A stretch of DNA of 64,000 nt from an uncultured virus (IMG/VR IMGVR_UViG_3300005323_000038) (taxonomy: Duplodnaviria > Heunggongvirae > Uroviricota > Caudoviricetes). Made by a program: the position numbers and the translations under genes. The notes beneath the pieces were generated by a model. The model was not told where the DNA came from and did no database searches. It worked only from the letters and a program-made list of their open reading frames with translations. Of the stretch, positions 48,201 to 57,821 are shown piece after piece (the first letter of the stretch is position 1; each line of letters opens with the position of its first letter). Location of the stretch: IMG/VR virus record IMGVR_UViG_3300005323_000038. One strand, 5' to 3'.

Positions 48201-50563
48201 TTTTCCTTTATCTGAACAGAAAAATCATAAATATCATTGGTAAATTTTGTTTCATCTATGTCTGGTATATATTGCAACGATTTTGTAGGAGGAACTGCTG
48301 ACAAAGACAAATTAGCAGTGTATGAAATATCCGTTCCTGATTCTGATATTGAACTGACATAAAATATTTTATCATTTGCAAACCCAAGTTCCGGGGCATA
48401 TACATTTACACTATCTCCAACTTTAAGAAAAGGAATACCTATAGATTGAGCTTGAGCCTGATGACAGTTTCCTCTATGTATTTCTATAAGAGATTCTGAA
48501 GCCCAATCGTTTGATGATTTATCGCTAACATTATCTTTAACTATCATTAACTCTTTCTGAAAACCAATATAATTAAACGATATATTGTCATCAAATAATT
48601 CAAATTCTGAAAAATATACATCCGTTAATTGGTTAATGTCTGAAGATATAGTTATTGTATATTTATCAGATATTTTTGTAGGGGTTAAATAGAACATCAT
48701 GCCTTGATTTGTTATGTCGTTAGAGTTTATTGTTCGGCTTATTGTTGATGTTCCATCATTTGCTTTTATTATTTTGCCAATGTAAGAGGTGTCTTGTTTT
48801 AGGTATATTTTAAATAGTTTTGGAGATATAGAGTTTTCATTACAATTTATTGTCATCTCACTTGGATATAGATTTACCTTTTGATAATTATCCTTCTTTC
48901 CATTTGTAAAGAAATCTCCTTTATATTCTGTAACCGTTGCCATTCCATTATTGTAGACTATATTATCTATGACATTTTCTCCACCATATATAGAAGTAAA
49001 ATCAATAGATTTTGATATTAATGGCTCTGAAGCTTTAGGTTTTCCTATTGAAATGACTTGGTTTCTAACATCATCACTCGAAATTACAGACTGCGATATA
49101 CTTACATTTTTCGTTGTATCAAGAGATATTAGAGGGATATTTTGCTGTTCTGTCGTATAATAATACAAACAATTTAAATACGCAGTTCCAGAGGTTGTAA
49201 AAGTAAAATAAGCCAGTGGACTGTCTGCTTCATATACAACCATAGTTTCAGCGTCATATTTACTTAAAGCTCTTACAGTTATATCTTTTAATTTTGTTGC
49301 TCCATTGTATACGCTGACAACTGTAGATGGTATTGCCTCGTCTTTACTTACAAATCTTGCTTCTATTTTATATCCTGATGAAAATTGATCAGTTGTTACG
49401 GCAGTTTTTCCAGACGATATATCTTGAATCAACCATCCATAAGCGTATGATTCTATCAATTGAACCTCTGTGCCAGTAAACGATTGATAAAATGATCCAA
49501 CGGAAACATCTTTTATATTTAGTTTTCCATTTTCATCAAAAAATAATTTATACCCAAAATCTTCGCAAATCGAAGTTATACAGTCCCACATATTCTTGCC
49601 AAAATCAAATTTATATCTTGCATCATCAAGAGCCTCGGTATCTATGCCACCAATTTTAACCATTTCTTGGATGGCAGAGGATGATGTCTGAACGTATTTT
49701 GATTGAGTTTTCATAAATGGGTATTTTTCTGATTTTCCAAGTCGTTGTTTGTCACTATTTATAAAATTAAAAATAACTCTTTCAATAGGGAAATTTATTT
49801 TTATACATAAATCTCTTATAGCATCGACAACCTTCCAATTGTCATAAGTTGGAATGAATTGCTGATTGGCAACCTCGGTAAATAAATTAGCCGGCTGAAT
49901 TCTTATTGGAGATTTATATGTCTGAGTTCCAATAACAACATCGTCAGCGTCTTCTGGGGCATCTCTATATGATACAATGTCAGGATAATTATAATTCAAC
50001 TGGTTAAGAAATAAAACAGAATAGTCAGAAGCAGTTATTTCAATACTTCCATCTGTTTCTGAATTAGATATCGATGTAATAACTCCGGTAAACTGTTTTA
50101 TTGTATGCTCTCCGTCAGCATCTTGATATAATGCCGCAGAGTAATCATCGGAAAAGAAACCAGAATATAATCTTATTAAATATCCTTTGCAAAGATTAAA
50201 AGCAAATGGAGAAGATCCAGTAAAAACCCCTGTAGAAATATTATAAGAGAATTTATTATAAGGAAGTTTAAATGAAATAGTTTTAGCTTGACCTACAGCA
50301 AAGTTTTTATTAAATGAAGATGGATAAAATTTAGTCCATAAAGAAGCATCACTTCGATCAATAGAATAAGAGTACACTATCTCATTCCTTGTCTTTGTGG
50401 CTGTAATTACGTCATACCCACTATTAGGAAGAAATAATGTTTTATTCTTTGCATGAAAATCATAAAAGCCACCCTGAAATACTTCTCCATAGAAGCATGC
50501 GGTGGCTACGTCACTTTTCCCGGATATAGAATTATTTACCGTTTGTAAAATAAATTCATCCAT
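45281..50563 (-). CDS. Tail hub/baseplate protein with Kelch-repeat propeller
   Basis: GYKLFFDENGKL, PFLKVGD.V tail-protein motifs; LYVLGG, IYSIGG, IYNYGG, IYAIGG Kelch repeats. Confidence 0.75.
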   Translation of the reverse strand: MDEFILQTVNNSISGKSDVATACFYGEVFQGGFYDFHAKNKTLFLPNSGYDVITATKTRNEIVYSYSIDRSDASLWTKFYPSSFNKNFAVGQAKTISFKLPYNKFSYNISTGVFTGSSPFAFNLCKGYLIRLYSGFFSDDYSAALYQDADGEHTIKQFTGVITSISNSETDGSIEITASDYSVLFLNQLNYNYPDIVSYRDAPEDADDVVIGTQTYKSPIRIQPANLFTEVANQQFIPTYDNWKVVDAIRDLCIKINFPIERVIFNFINSDKQRLGKSEKYPFMKTQSKYVQTSSSAIQEMVKIGGIDTEALDDARYKFDFGKNMWDCITSICEDFGYKLFFDENGKLNIKDVSVGSFYQSFTGTEVQLIESYAYGWLIQDISSGKTAVTTDQFSSGYKIEARFVSKDEAIPSTVVSVYNGATKLKDITVRALSKYDAETMVVYEADSPLAYFTFTTSGTAYLNCLYYYTTEQQNIPLISLDTTKNVSISQSVISSDDVRNQVISIGKPKASEPLISKSIDFTSIYGGENVIDNIVYNNGMATVTEYKGDFFTNGKKDNYQKVNLYPSEMTINCNENSISPKLFKIYLKQDTSYIGKIIKANDGTSTISRTINSNDITNQGMMFYLTPTKISDKYTITISSDINQLTDVYFSEFELFDDNISFNYIGFQKELMIVKDNVSDKSSNDWASESLIEIHRGNCHQAQAQSIGIPFLKVGDSVNVYAPELGFANDKIFYVSSISESGTDISYTANLSLSAVPPTKSLQYIPDIDETKFTNDIYDFSVQIKEKDNVSGNAKGVIGTEFNKLTPLPNDMRKYKYGRMVAYDSVNSKLYVLGGSSIYCDYTFATRLNATKLFAVLDIATGVWTSGEMPTATCFGLCGFYDGNLYVINSTNQINKVMKYTVSTGLWSEYHTIVNSAFHKHCGSGVFLNGKIYSIGGWHGSADGEYPLENSFIFDIETKSETAISALNSTYGYFLNQCVLSNDSLCIYNYGGAYRDFPEPGPGEYHWDWSERLYNSNNLKRYTISTNTWETLSSTNGLGAGALTIDSTNNIYAIGGKKGTGSGNALNNTIYRIYDGASDYSEQLIGGIQENLGIGYCKIGDDIAIVGESAYIIDLAKMKVNQSINIIPIDDYCLFSFALTKRRKISILVKHPTENKIFAWPFEEAVVEPGVYKRENGIRWDFGLDFEQRFGDYVDKIFLYPNDSDDNYVYSTIYENLEVINEYDPTIQHLKTPPFYVIRMNTKLDKYLLNTLGTETVSMDVQNELPIITHSDMYKNGAFSVAIEDVLPTQAQIGGSVVCPITAKRNNAVANPNDIIYIDVLVQTNDGLNVNQITQTKDEWGRYPTSAQRTIITASLIDEIKWDLTDSSGLYIPINTKYKFKIINAFGVNGEAVVFTTASGDNFLPNPTFSTTKETITDTTFSLDTGRKVVTQDIKTIKEWQMNSDFSSNILAYSPTKDYSVTVKKMVDSYDTNLRITRSSWQNITTLLAEKAFGYKIFADPETESMKINLFKCSTFDFDKSISSSDANDKFGYAMKDKDVYSATDIVKMFSYSTFCPWICSNSVKILNFENSTQDIYVSFEYNLEAGQASSYINSTGTTEITWSEPIRDAIVSYSMSPVFFIAYKTDNGYYKVLTSDMIKLAESVGTKNVAGALFTLPKSAISSEIELCAGALFGVPMLLKRTSTDPEGKPAGYVAGLFNADAELGTFVDNVKSVYFNPEIKMTFDNFQAIEGSSYQKIDYPTQPRDNKKTSGIFEVIG

Positions 50564-50578
50564 CTTTATATCATCCTT

Positions 50579-50935
50579 TTAACTTATTATTCTTATTTTT
50601 AATGTGATACTCCATAATATTTCAGAATCTTTTAATGTTTGAACAGGCATTATAGTTTTATTAAGAATCTGAATAGTATAATTGTTTTCAGATATATTAT
50701 CATAAAAAGATATATTAGTAAACTTTGGCAAAGCTACTATTTTGTCTTTAAGAGAAACTGTTGCCTTATCCCATGACATAGTTCTTGGGAAATCATAATT
50801 TGTTAAATATATAAAAGAATTTCTCATACTCTTTGATGGATATGATAATTCTATATTGTTTTTACTATCTAATTCCATATCGTCTTGATATGATGGCCCA
50901 TAATCAAGAGCAACACCGTTCAATTGCCAAGCCAT
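50579..50935 (-). CDS. Minor/distal tail protein candidate
   Basis: Position downstream of the tape measure; beta-rich. Confidence 0.55.
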   Translation of the reverse strand: MAWQLNGVALDYGPSYQDDMELDSKNNIELSYPSKSMRNSFIYLTNYDFPRTMSWDKATVSLKDKIVALPKFTNISFYDNISENNYTIQILNKTIMPVQTLKDSEILWSITLKIRIIS

Positions 50936-50940
50936 GCTTA

Positions 50941-51345
50941 TTACCCCCTACTAATTATAGATAATTGAATCGTCACTTCTCTTGCTCTTACATTATTTTT
51001 AAATAATATTCCACTTAAATATTGATAAGAAATGTCAGTGACTTCACCTGATAAATTTAAAACAAGATTTCCAGATGAAATAAAGTTTACAATATCTCCT
51101 TTTGCTAATGAGTATATCTTTGTAAAACTTCTTGAATTTTCTGGTAACATCGTCCATTTGAGAGTTATTATATCGTTAGGCCCAAAATCTTCAGTTTGAT
51201 ATTTTTTGTTAAAAATTCTAATTCCTCTACCAAGTTCAAGTTTACCAAACTCCCTATCTTTTATTTCATAGGATGAAATACCAATATCTAAAAGATAAGG
51301 AGAGTCTGTTGTTTTATATAATTTATAAAATGTTTTGCTTGCCAT
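50941..51345 (-). CDS. Minor/distal tail protein candidate
   Basis: Position downstream of the tape measure. Confidence 0.55.
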   Translation of the reverse strand: MASKTFYKLYKTTDSPYLLDIGISSYEIKDREFGKLELGRGIRIFNKKYQTEDFGPNDIITLKWTMLPENSRSFTKIYSLAKGDIVNFISSGNLVLNLSGEVTDISYQYLSGILFKNNVRAREVTIQLSIISRG

Positions 51346-51352
51346 TTTATCA

Positions 51353-54300
51353 CTATCCTAAAATATTAGAAGTTTTAGTTCCAAATGTTGCCATATTAGC
51401 TTTATAGACCGCTTCCGATACACCACTTGATATATTTGATTTATTAGCTCCTGGCCCTACATAAACATTTATATTTTGAGTTATATTACTTTTTGAGTCA
51501 AGTCTTGGCATTTCAAATGTTGATGGAGCATTAAATACACCTTCAGACAATTTCATAAGAGCAGCTGTATTTCTGTCTAAAGCATCAACATTCTTTTGAG
51601 TGTTATAAAATTCTCTTTCTTTAACTGGAGGAGGTGTATCTTCGTCTTTATTTCCACCAAATAAACCACCTATAGCTCCAATAAGTCCTCCTATTGGCCC
51701 TGCTGTAAGATATCCCATAAGACCACCGGCTAATGCTCCACCGCCTTTTGAACCGATTGCTTGACCAATTCCATACCCCATAAGACCAGAGGATAGATAA
51801 CCCATTCCTGTTCCGCCCCATTTATCTAATGGTTTATTTAAAGATTTGCCAAGCCCAGAGGTAGTTGATCCTCCACTGAGCATTGAGAATAATCCACCAC
51901 CCTGTTGCCTTCCACCAGAAAGTAATACCATTTGTGGAGAAGAGCCTCCAATAATACTACCAGTGCCAAACCCTGATGCTCCTCCTAATCCACCCAATAT
52001 ACTTGGAGCAAGCATAGCTCCACCAACAGCACCAAGACCAAGAGAATTAGAATAACCACCTTGTGCCTGAGTTCCTTTTCCTATTCCGCTTATTCCAAGA
52101 AACATATCGACAAACATATCTGCAATCCCCGTCTTCTTTATAAATATATCGGCAACTTGGTCGGCAATTTTTTTAAACAATATATTTCCGATACTTTTTA
52201 AAGCGTCAGCCCATTTGTTTGTCTCAGAATTTACATCCTGCATTTTTTTCTTTACTTCTTCTATCTGGTTTAAGGTTTGGTTATATTTTTCTCTTGCAGA
52301 ATTTATTTTATCAAGATTTCCAGTTGCTTCAGCACTTGCAACATCTCTTGCAGCAGTGTTAGCCGCTGACTGAGCTTGAGCCATTTCCGCATATGCCTCT
52401 GACATTTGTTTTGCTTTAGCTTTTTGTTGTTCGTATATAGTTATAGGATTAAATGTATCAAATAATCCAGAAAGAACTCCTTTTATTTCATCTACGCCAG
52501 CAAATGCTCTTTGCCTTTCTTGTAATTCTGTTTGTCTATAAAGTAACTCAAGCTTTTGTTGTTGTTTAACAACTGATTCATCAGCATTTTGAACTTCTTC
52601 AGATTGTAACGTCAACTGAATCGCTTGTTGTCTTGCGATTTCCATAGAGAAGTCTTTTTGAGTTTTTTGTTTAGCAACAATTGAATCAAGAGTTATTCTA
52701 TATTTTTCTTGATAAATAGTTTTTGCTTTTTCTCTTTCAAATAGAACGGATTCGTATTGCTGTTGAATATTAAACGAGGCTTGTTCTTCTGGAGTAATGC
52801 CATATCTACCAGAGAAACCAATAGCATTTAATTCCTGTCTGAATGAAAATTGCTCGTCAGCTTTTCCTAAACTGCGTTTAAAATCTTTTGCTCTTTTTTC
52901 TTCTTCATTTATTTTTATTGCTTCTTCGCGATTTTTCTTACGAGCGTCGAGTTCATTGGCTAATTCTTTTATCTTTTCATTATAGCGGTTTCTATCCTCT
53001 TCATTTAATCCTGTAACGCTATCAAGAATATTTTTATTATTATCTATTTGTATTTGTAGCGCTTCAGTTTCACGATCGTAGCGAAGCAAATAACTATCCT
53101 CTAACTTGCTTTCCCAATATGATTGGAATTGCTTTTCGAGAGATATCTGAGCTTCAATTTCACGAACTTTTCTTAATGCTTCAAGATGTGCTTTATCTTC
53201 AGCTGTTTTTTGCCCTGCTCCACCGGCTCTCATATCATCTTTAGCTTTTCTTAATGAAATGTCTAATTCGTCTTCGTCTTTTTTTCTTCTTGCTTTTTCT
53301 TCTAAGGCTATATCTTTTGGAACAATTGCTTCAGCTTTTGTTATTGCTGTTCCCAGGTCGGTTAATCGAGCTTGACCTTTTATTAATTGTTGATAGGCTG
53401 ACTTATCAGCAGCACTTTTACCTTCTTTTGCTTTGGCAATTTGTTCGTTTGCTTTTTCTACAGATTCTTTTACTTTTTTTGCTTCATCACCATATTTTTT
53501 CAAATCTTCTACTGCCTGTTCTGTTCTCTGCTCACTTTGGCCTTTTATTCCAAATAATCCAAGCATACTTTTAGCAGATTGAGGCAACATATCCTTACCA
53601 AATGACATTATCCCTTTTAGACCTTCAGGAATGCTTCCTGTAAAGTTTAAAGCAACATCTATAGCATAATTTTTGCCGAAGAATGAAAGTATCTTTTCAA
53701 CATATTGAGGAATATTACCCATAATAGAACCAAATTCTTGAGATACATCTTTTAATGCTTGCAGTTCAGTTTTTAAATCTGAAACTTTTCCTTCAGCCTC
53801 AGATACCCCTTGTTTTACTAAGGCTTTTTGTTTTTCAAGCTCATTCCCAACTCGTTTAATTTCATTTCCAAGAAGTTTTTGTAATTCTACATCAAATTCA
53901 AAACGATCGCTTTGACGAACTGCCTGGTCATAAGTTTCTTTCATCGAGTTATAAACTTGGTTAACTATTTTGTCATGTTGGATTTCTAACTCATTTATAT
54001 CTGAACCAATTATTTTTATTTTTTCTTTTTTGCTAAATATTGAGTCATAATTAGAGCTTAGAGCAAGGGCTAATTCTTGTTCTTTTTCTGAGCCAGACCC
54101 AATTATTTTTGATAATTCAAAGTCATCTCCAACTTTAGCCAATTCTGCTAATTGTTGAATTAAACTCTGTATGCCTTGTTTTTTCTTGGCTATATATGGA
54201 GAATCCAATACCCCTGCTGCTGCTTGTTCCTTTTCAAAATCTAATTCTTCTTTTTTTAAACTTGCATATAATGATTTAATATATTCTAAAGAAACCTTTG

Positions 54301-56842
54301 ATTCTTTTCCTATCCTATTTCTTGAACGATTAAACCAATTTATATATTCGCTTAATTTTGCTTCATTCTCTTTCTCTAATTCTTTTATATCAATATCTTT
54401 TACCGATTCTTTTACGGCCTTTGCTCCAGCGGCAGTTGTTACGACAGCCTGACCTTTAGAGTAGGATAATTGATCTCTGACTTCTTTCGGCAATGCGGCG
54501 ATAGCTGACGCTTTAATTCCTTTTAGCGCTTTATTGACATCTTCAATATTTAATGCGCCTTTTAAGTCATCAAATCTTTGTTTTAAATCTTTCAGTTCAT
54601 CATTTAGCGCTTTGGTCTTTTCTGTCGCTTCTTGAGTGGAGTTGCTATAATATTGCCAGACTTCATAACCTGCTACAAGGGTAGCCGTGATTAACGCCGC
54701 TGGCCCAGTTAAAGATGTCCAAAATGCTTGGGTCGTAACTTTAGCTGCGGCCATTGTAAGTTGTAATTCTTTTAAGTAAGTACTTGATTTTATTAATGCA
54801 GATATAAAAGCCGGCAATTTGGATGCCGCAGCTATACCAATTGCAGCCATTAATGGAGGTATGGCATACATAGCAATTGATGAAATAACCTGTCCAAATG
54901 AACTAGTTACAGACATCGCTTTATTTGTAAGCGCCACAAATGGAGTTAAAGAAGCGGTTGTTAATTCAAGGAAAACATTCTTTAATATTTGTGCATTTTT
55001 AGAGAATTTCTGCATCTCTGTTTGGTTCTGTTGTTGAGCAAAACCCATTGAGTCCAATGAAGCACTTGTTAATTTAACCGCTGAATCAAAATTAGACATT
55101 AAAGCTGTAAAGGTGTTTATTTGTCTACCACCGGCAATAACTTCACCAATGCTTTTTCTTTCAATATCTGTTAAATCTTTCCATTTTCCTGCTATCTGAG
55201 ATAATATAGTTCCTGCTTTTTCAAGTTCACCGGTTTTAATATTTCTAAAAGTTATTCCTTTAAGTGGATCCATTGATTCTAATTTTCTTATACTATCAGA
55301 GCGCAATAATCTTTCAAACATTGTCTTTAAAGCGTTACCAGTAACTTCACCAGATTGTTGAGTTTTCTCTGTTATTGCTGCGATATATCCAAGAAGTTCA
55401 TCCATTGAAACGCCAACATCATGAGCAATTGAACCAGTTTTTTGTATAGCAGAAATCATTGCCTGTGCGGTAACAGCAGACATAGCCTGAACCTTAGACA
55501 GTTTGTCAAATAATGTTGTTGATTGAGATAGGCTGTAACCCCAAACATTTGTTGCAGTCGTAAGGAATTTTGTTGATTCAGCGAAATCTATTGATGCAAC
55601 ATTAACGCCGAGCAATGCTGCTTTGGTAGCATCAAGTATTTGATTCGCTTTCATACCTTGTTGAGCAAATTCAGAATAAGAATTTAAAACTGTTTCCGCT
55701 GATACACCATACGCTTTTGCGAGAGCATATACATTATTTTCAAGTTCTTTTACAGAGGTATTAATTGGCAAGAATTTTTTAACTTCAAGCATTTTATCCT
55801 GAAGCATTATTGTCTCTCTCATTGCGTCTGACATTGCGTTTATTGACCCATTGATTAATTCAAATGAAGCATAGTAACGAGCAAGTCTTCCTACTGCTGA
55901 AACCTGGGATGACATAAATTTATCAAGCCCGCTTGGTTGTGGGGGGGCATCCTGAGATTTCCCTTCAAATTGAAGACTGCTATAATAATCATTTGACTTC
56001 CATTTTTCATTTTGTATGTATTGCTTGTATTCGTAATTTTCTCTTTTTTTCTTCTCTCTCCTTTTCTCTTTTACATCTTCTTTATTTACCCTTATATTCT
56101 CATCTCTTAAATCAGAGTAATAAAAATCGGATTCTTTTTTTTGCGTATTTAAGTATTTTTGATAGTCTAAAAGTTCTTCCTTTGTCGGTTTTCTGTTTGC
56201 TTGTTTTTTTTGGATTTCTCCCTCGGAAACAAGCCTAGAATAATATTTATCTGAATCTGACGATTGCTGCTTTATATAATTTTTGTATTCTTCATCTCTT
56301 ATCTTTTCCTGTTCTTTTTCGTATTTGTTTGCTCGTTGCTCTTCTATTTCTAATATCTTTTTTTCATACTTATCTCTATTTTGCTTTTTTAATTCTCTTT
56401 TTGATTTATACTCAGGGGATATAGATGATTCGACAGCTTGACTCAGCCTTATATTCTCCTCAGCTTTATTTTTCTGCTCTCTTATTATGGCGCTCTCTAT
56501 TTCTCTTTTTACATTTCCAACCCCAGTACCTGTCAGAAAGCTACCCATTGGTTTTGTCTCTGACATTCTTTTGAGTATAGAGTCAACTTGAGAAGCGAGA
56601 TTGACCATAGTCTCAAGTTGCCTAATACTTGTCTCGAAACCTCTTTTTTTAAAAAGTTCTAAAGTTTTTGCTATTGATTGAGTTTTAGATATTGCGGAAT
56701 CCAGTTTGTCAGTGGACTGACCGGTTTTTGATATTTCATCATGTATTTGCTTAAATACCTGCAAAAATCCTTTTATCTTATCTAAATTAGCAGATACATC
56801 TATACTCATAGGTATGTTAATTTTTTGAGAAATATTTGCCAT
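51353..56842 (-). CDS. Tail tape measure protein
   Basis: 1829 aa, helical; TP901-type core (GEVTGNALKTMFERL); Gly-rich C-terminus. Confidence 0.92.
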   Translation of the reverse strand: MANISQKINIPMSIDVSANLDKIKGFLQVFKQIHDEISKTGQSTDKLDSAISKTQSIAKTLELFKKRGFETSIRQLETMVNLASQVDSILKRMSETKPMGSFLTGTGVGNVKREIESAIIREQKNKAEENIRLSQAVESSISPEYKSKRELKKQNRDKYEKKILEIEEQRANKYEKEQEKIRDEEYKNYIKQQSSDSDKYYSRLVSEGEIQKKQANRKPTKEELLDYQKYLNTQKKESDFYYSDLRDENIRVNKEDVKEKRREKKKRENYEYKQYIQNEKWKSNDYYSSLQFEGKSQDAPPQPSGLDKFMSSQVSAVGRLARYYASFELINGSINAMSDAMRETIMLQDKMLEVKKFLPINTSVKELENNVYALAKAYGVSAETVLNSYSEFAQQGMKANQILDATKAALLGVNVASIDFAESTKFLTTATNVWGYSLSQSTTLFDKLSKVQAMSAVTAQAMISAIQKTGSIAHDVGVSMDELLGYIAAITEKTQQSGEVTGNALKTMFERLLRSDSIRKLESMDPLKGITFRNIKTGELEKAGTILSQIAGKWKDLTDIERKSIGEVIAGGRQINTFTALMSNFDSAVKLTSASLDSMGFAQQQNQTEMQKFSKNAQILKNVFLELTTASLTPFVALTNKAMSVTSSFGQVISSIAMYAIPPLMAAIGIAAASKLPAFISALIKSSTYLKELQLTMAAAKVTTQAFWTSLTGPAALITATLVAGYEVWQYYSNSTQEATEKTKALNDELKDLKQRFDDLKGALNIEDVNKALKGIKASAIAALPKEVRDQLSYSKGQAVVTTAAGAKAVKESVKDIDIKELEKENEAKLSEYINWFNRSRNRIGKESKVSLEYIKSLYASLKKEELDFEKEQAAAGVLDSPYIAKKKQGIQSLIQQLAELAKVGDDFELSKIIGSGSEKEQELALALSSNYDSIFSKKEKIKIIGSDINELEIQHDKIVNQVYNSMKETYDQAVRQSDRFEFDVELQKLLGNEIKRVGNELEKQKALVKQGVSEAEGKVSDLKTELQALKDVSQEFGSIMGNIPQYVEKILSFFGKNYAIDVALNFTGSIPEGLKGIMSFGKDMLPQSAKSMLGLFGIKGQSEQRTEQAVEDLKKYGDEAKKVKESVEKANEQIAKAKEGKSAADKSAYQQLIKGQARLTDLGTAITKAEAIVPKDIALEEKARRKKDEDELDISLRKAKDDMRAGGAGQKTAEDKAHLEALRKVREIEAQISLEKQFQSYWESKLEDSYLLRYDRETEALQIQIDNNKNILDSVTGLNEEDRNRYNEKIKELANELDARKKNREEAIKINEEEKRAKDFKRSLGKADEQFSFRQELNAIGFSGRYGITPEEQASFNIQQQYESVLFEREKAKTIYQEKYRITLDSIVAKQKTQKDFSMEIARQQAIQLTLQSEEVQNADESVVKQQQKLELLYRQTELQERQRAFAGVDEIKGVLSGLFDTFNPITIYEQQKAKAKQMSEAYAEMAQAQSAANTAARDVASAEATGNLDKINSAREKYNQTLNQIEEVKKKMQDVNSETNKWADALKSIGNILFKKIADQVADIFIKKTGIADMFVDMFLGISGIGKGTQAQGGYSNSLGLGAVGGAMLAPSILGGLGGASGFGTGSIIGGSSPQMVLLSGGRQQGGGLFSMLSGGSTTSGLGKSLNKPLDKWGGTGMGYLSSGLMGYGIGQAIGSKGGGALAGGLMGYLTAGPIGGLIGAIGGLFGGNKDEDTPPPVKEREFYNTQKNVDALDRNTAALMKLSEGVFNAPSTFEMPRLDSKSNITQNINVYVGPGANKSNISSGVSEAVYKANMATFGTKTSNILG

Positions 56843-56855
56843 CTTTTTTTCCTTT

Positions 56856-57113
56856 CTAAAACTCTTTTGTTTTCTTTTTTAATTCTTCGTCAAGCCATTT
56901 GTCTAATTCATAATCATTATCTACTAATTCAGGGCTTGGTCTTTTTTCGGTTCTTTCATTTAAGCAAGCATAAAAAGAAGCCCATTTTAAAAACACTACT
57001 TGGTCTATTGTTAATTCTCTTGCCGGCTTTCCGAAGAAGGACTCACATATTGAATCCTTGCACAATTCGAATCTTTTTTGAGTCAGAAACGAACGTGCTA
57101 ATTTCCTAAAAAA
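56856..57113 (-). CDS. Tail assembly chaperone, -1 frameshift extension (gpGT-like)
   Basis: In the -1 frame relative to the upstream ORF, entered at T TTT TTA; lies just before the tape measure. Confidence 0.75.
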   Translation of the reverse strand, partial: FFRKLARSFLTQKRFELCKDSICESFFGKPARELTIDQVVFLKWASFYACLNERTEKRPSPELVDNDYELDKWLDEELKKKTKEF

Positions 57114-57730
57114 CGGTCTTCTACACCATCCCAAAACATTTTTGCTCTAAATAGAACATCAGCAAGATCATTGCCTTTTCTCATCTCGCCAATCTCTTTC
57201 TCTGACGTTATTGGTTCATTCTTTTCGTTCACAAGGCACATTGCAAGCCTTTTTGAAAGTAATGCCTGGTCGCATAATCCTTCGACTGTATTTGACATTG
57301 ATTCAGAATATATTGATGTTTTCGTGTAATAACTTACGCTCGTCTTTGCGTATAAATCATACGCTTTATCAAATTCTGTATTGCCAAGTCTTTTGTCGTA
57401 TGGAATTGAGTTAAATTCAGAGTAGTATTGAACCATTCTTTCGTGAAGTTCCTCTGCATCAGCTTTATCTTGGTCTGTCCAAATACCTTTATCTTTTAAC
57501 AATTTTATCATTTGATGACGACATAAGAAATCACCTTTTGTTAAAAATCCAGAAAACATTTTTGCATATTCCTGTTTTAATTCAACCTCTTGATTTACTG
57601 TAGGATGAATAATAAAACATTCTTTGCCCATAAAATCAAATTTCTTTTTCCCGGTATCAACGACTTCATTAGCGTCAAATAGTTTTATGGTGTCATTTGC
57701 CTCAATTTTATTAAGTTTCTCCTGTTCCAT
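57098..57730 (-). CDS. Tail assembly chaperone (gpG-like)
   Basis: Between major tail and tape measure genes; start chosen after AAGGAG. Confidence 0.75.
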   Translation of the reverse strand: MEQEKLNKIEANDTIKLFDANEVVDTGKKKFDFMGKECFIIHPTVNQEVELKQEYAKMFSGFLTKGDFLCRHQMIKLLKDKGIWTDQDKADAEELHERMVQYYSEFNSIPYDKRLGNTEFDKAYDLYAKTSVSYYTKTSIYSESMSNTVEGLCDQALLSKRLAMCLVNEKNEPITSEKEIGEMRKGNDLADVLFRAKMFWDGVEDRFLGN

Positions 57731-57753
57731 AATATCGTCTCCTTGTATAGTTA

Positions 57754-57785
57754 AATGGCGGTCAGACTTGTATCCAACCGCCATT
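57754..57785 (-). terminator. Hairpin after the major tail gene
   Basis: AATGGCGGT...ACCGCCATT 9-bp inverted repeat. Confidence 0.6.
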
Positions 57786-57821
57786 AATTGTAATCTAAAG
57801 GTTATTTTATGTCAATTAAAA

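Noticed and set aside
57731..57784. N-terminal extension MAVGYKSDRH of the tail chaperone
   Set aside because: It overlaps the hairpin after the major tail gene; an AAGGAG SD supports the start at 57730.
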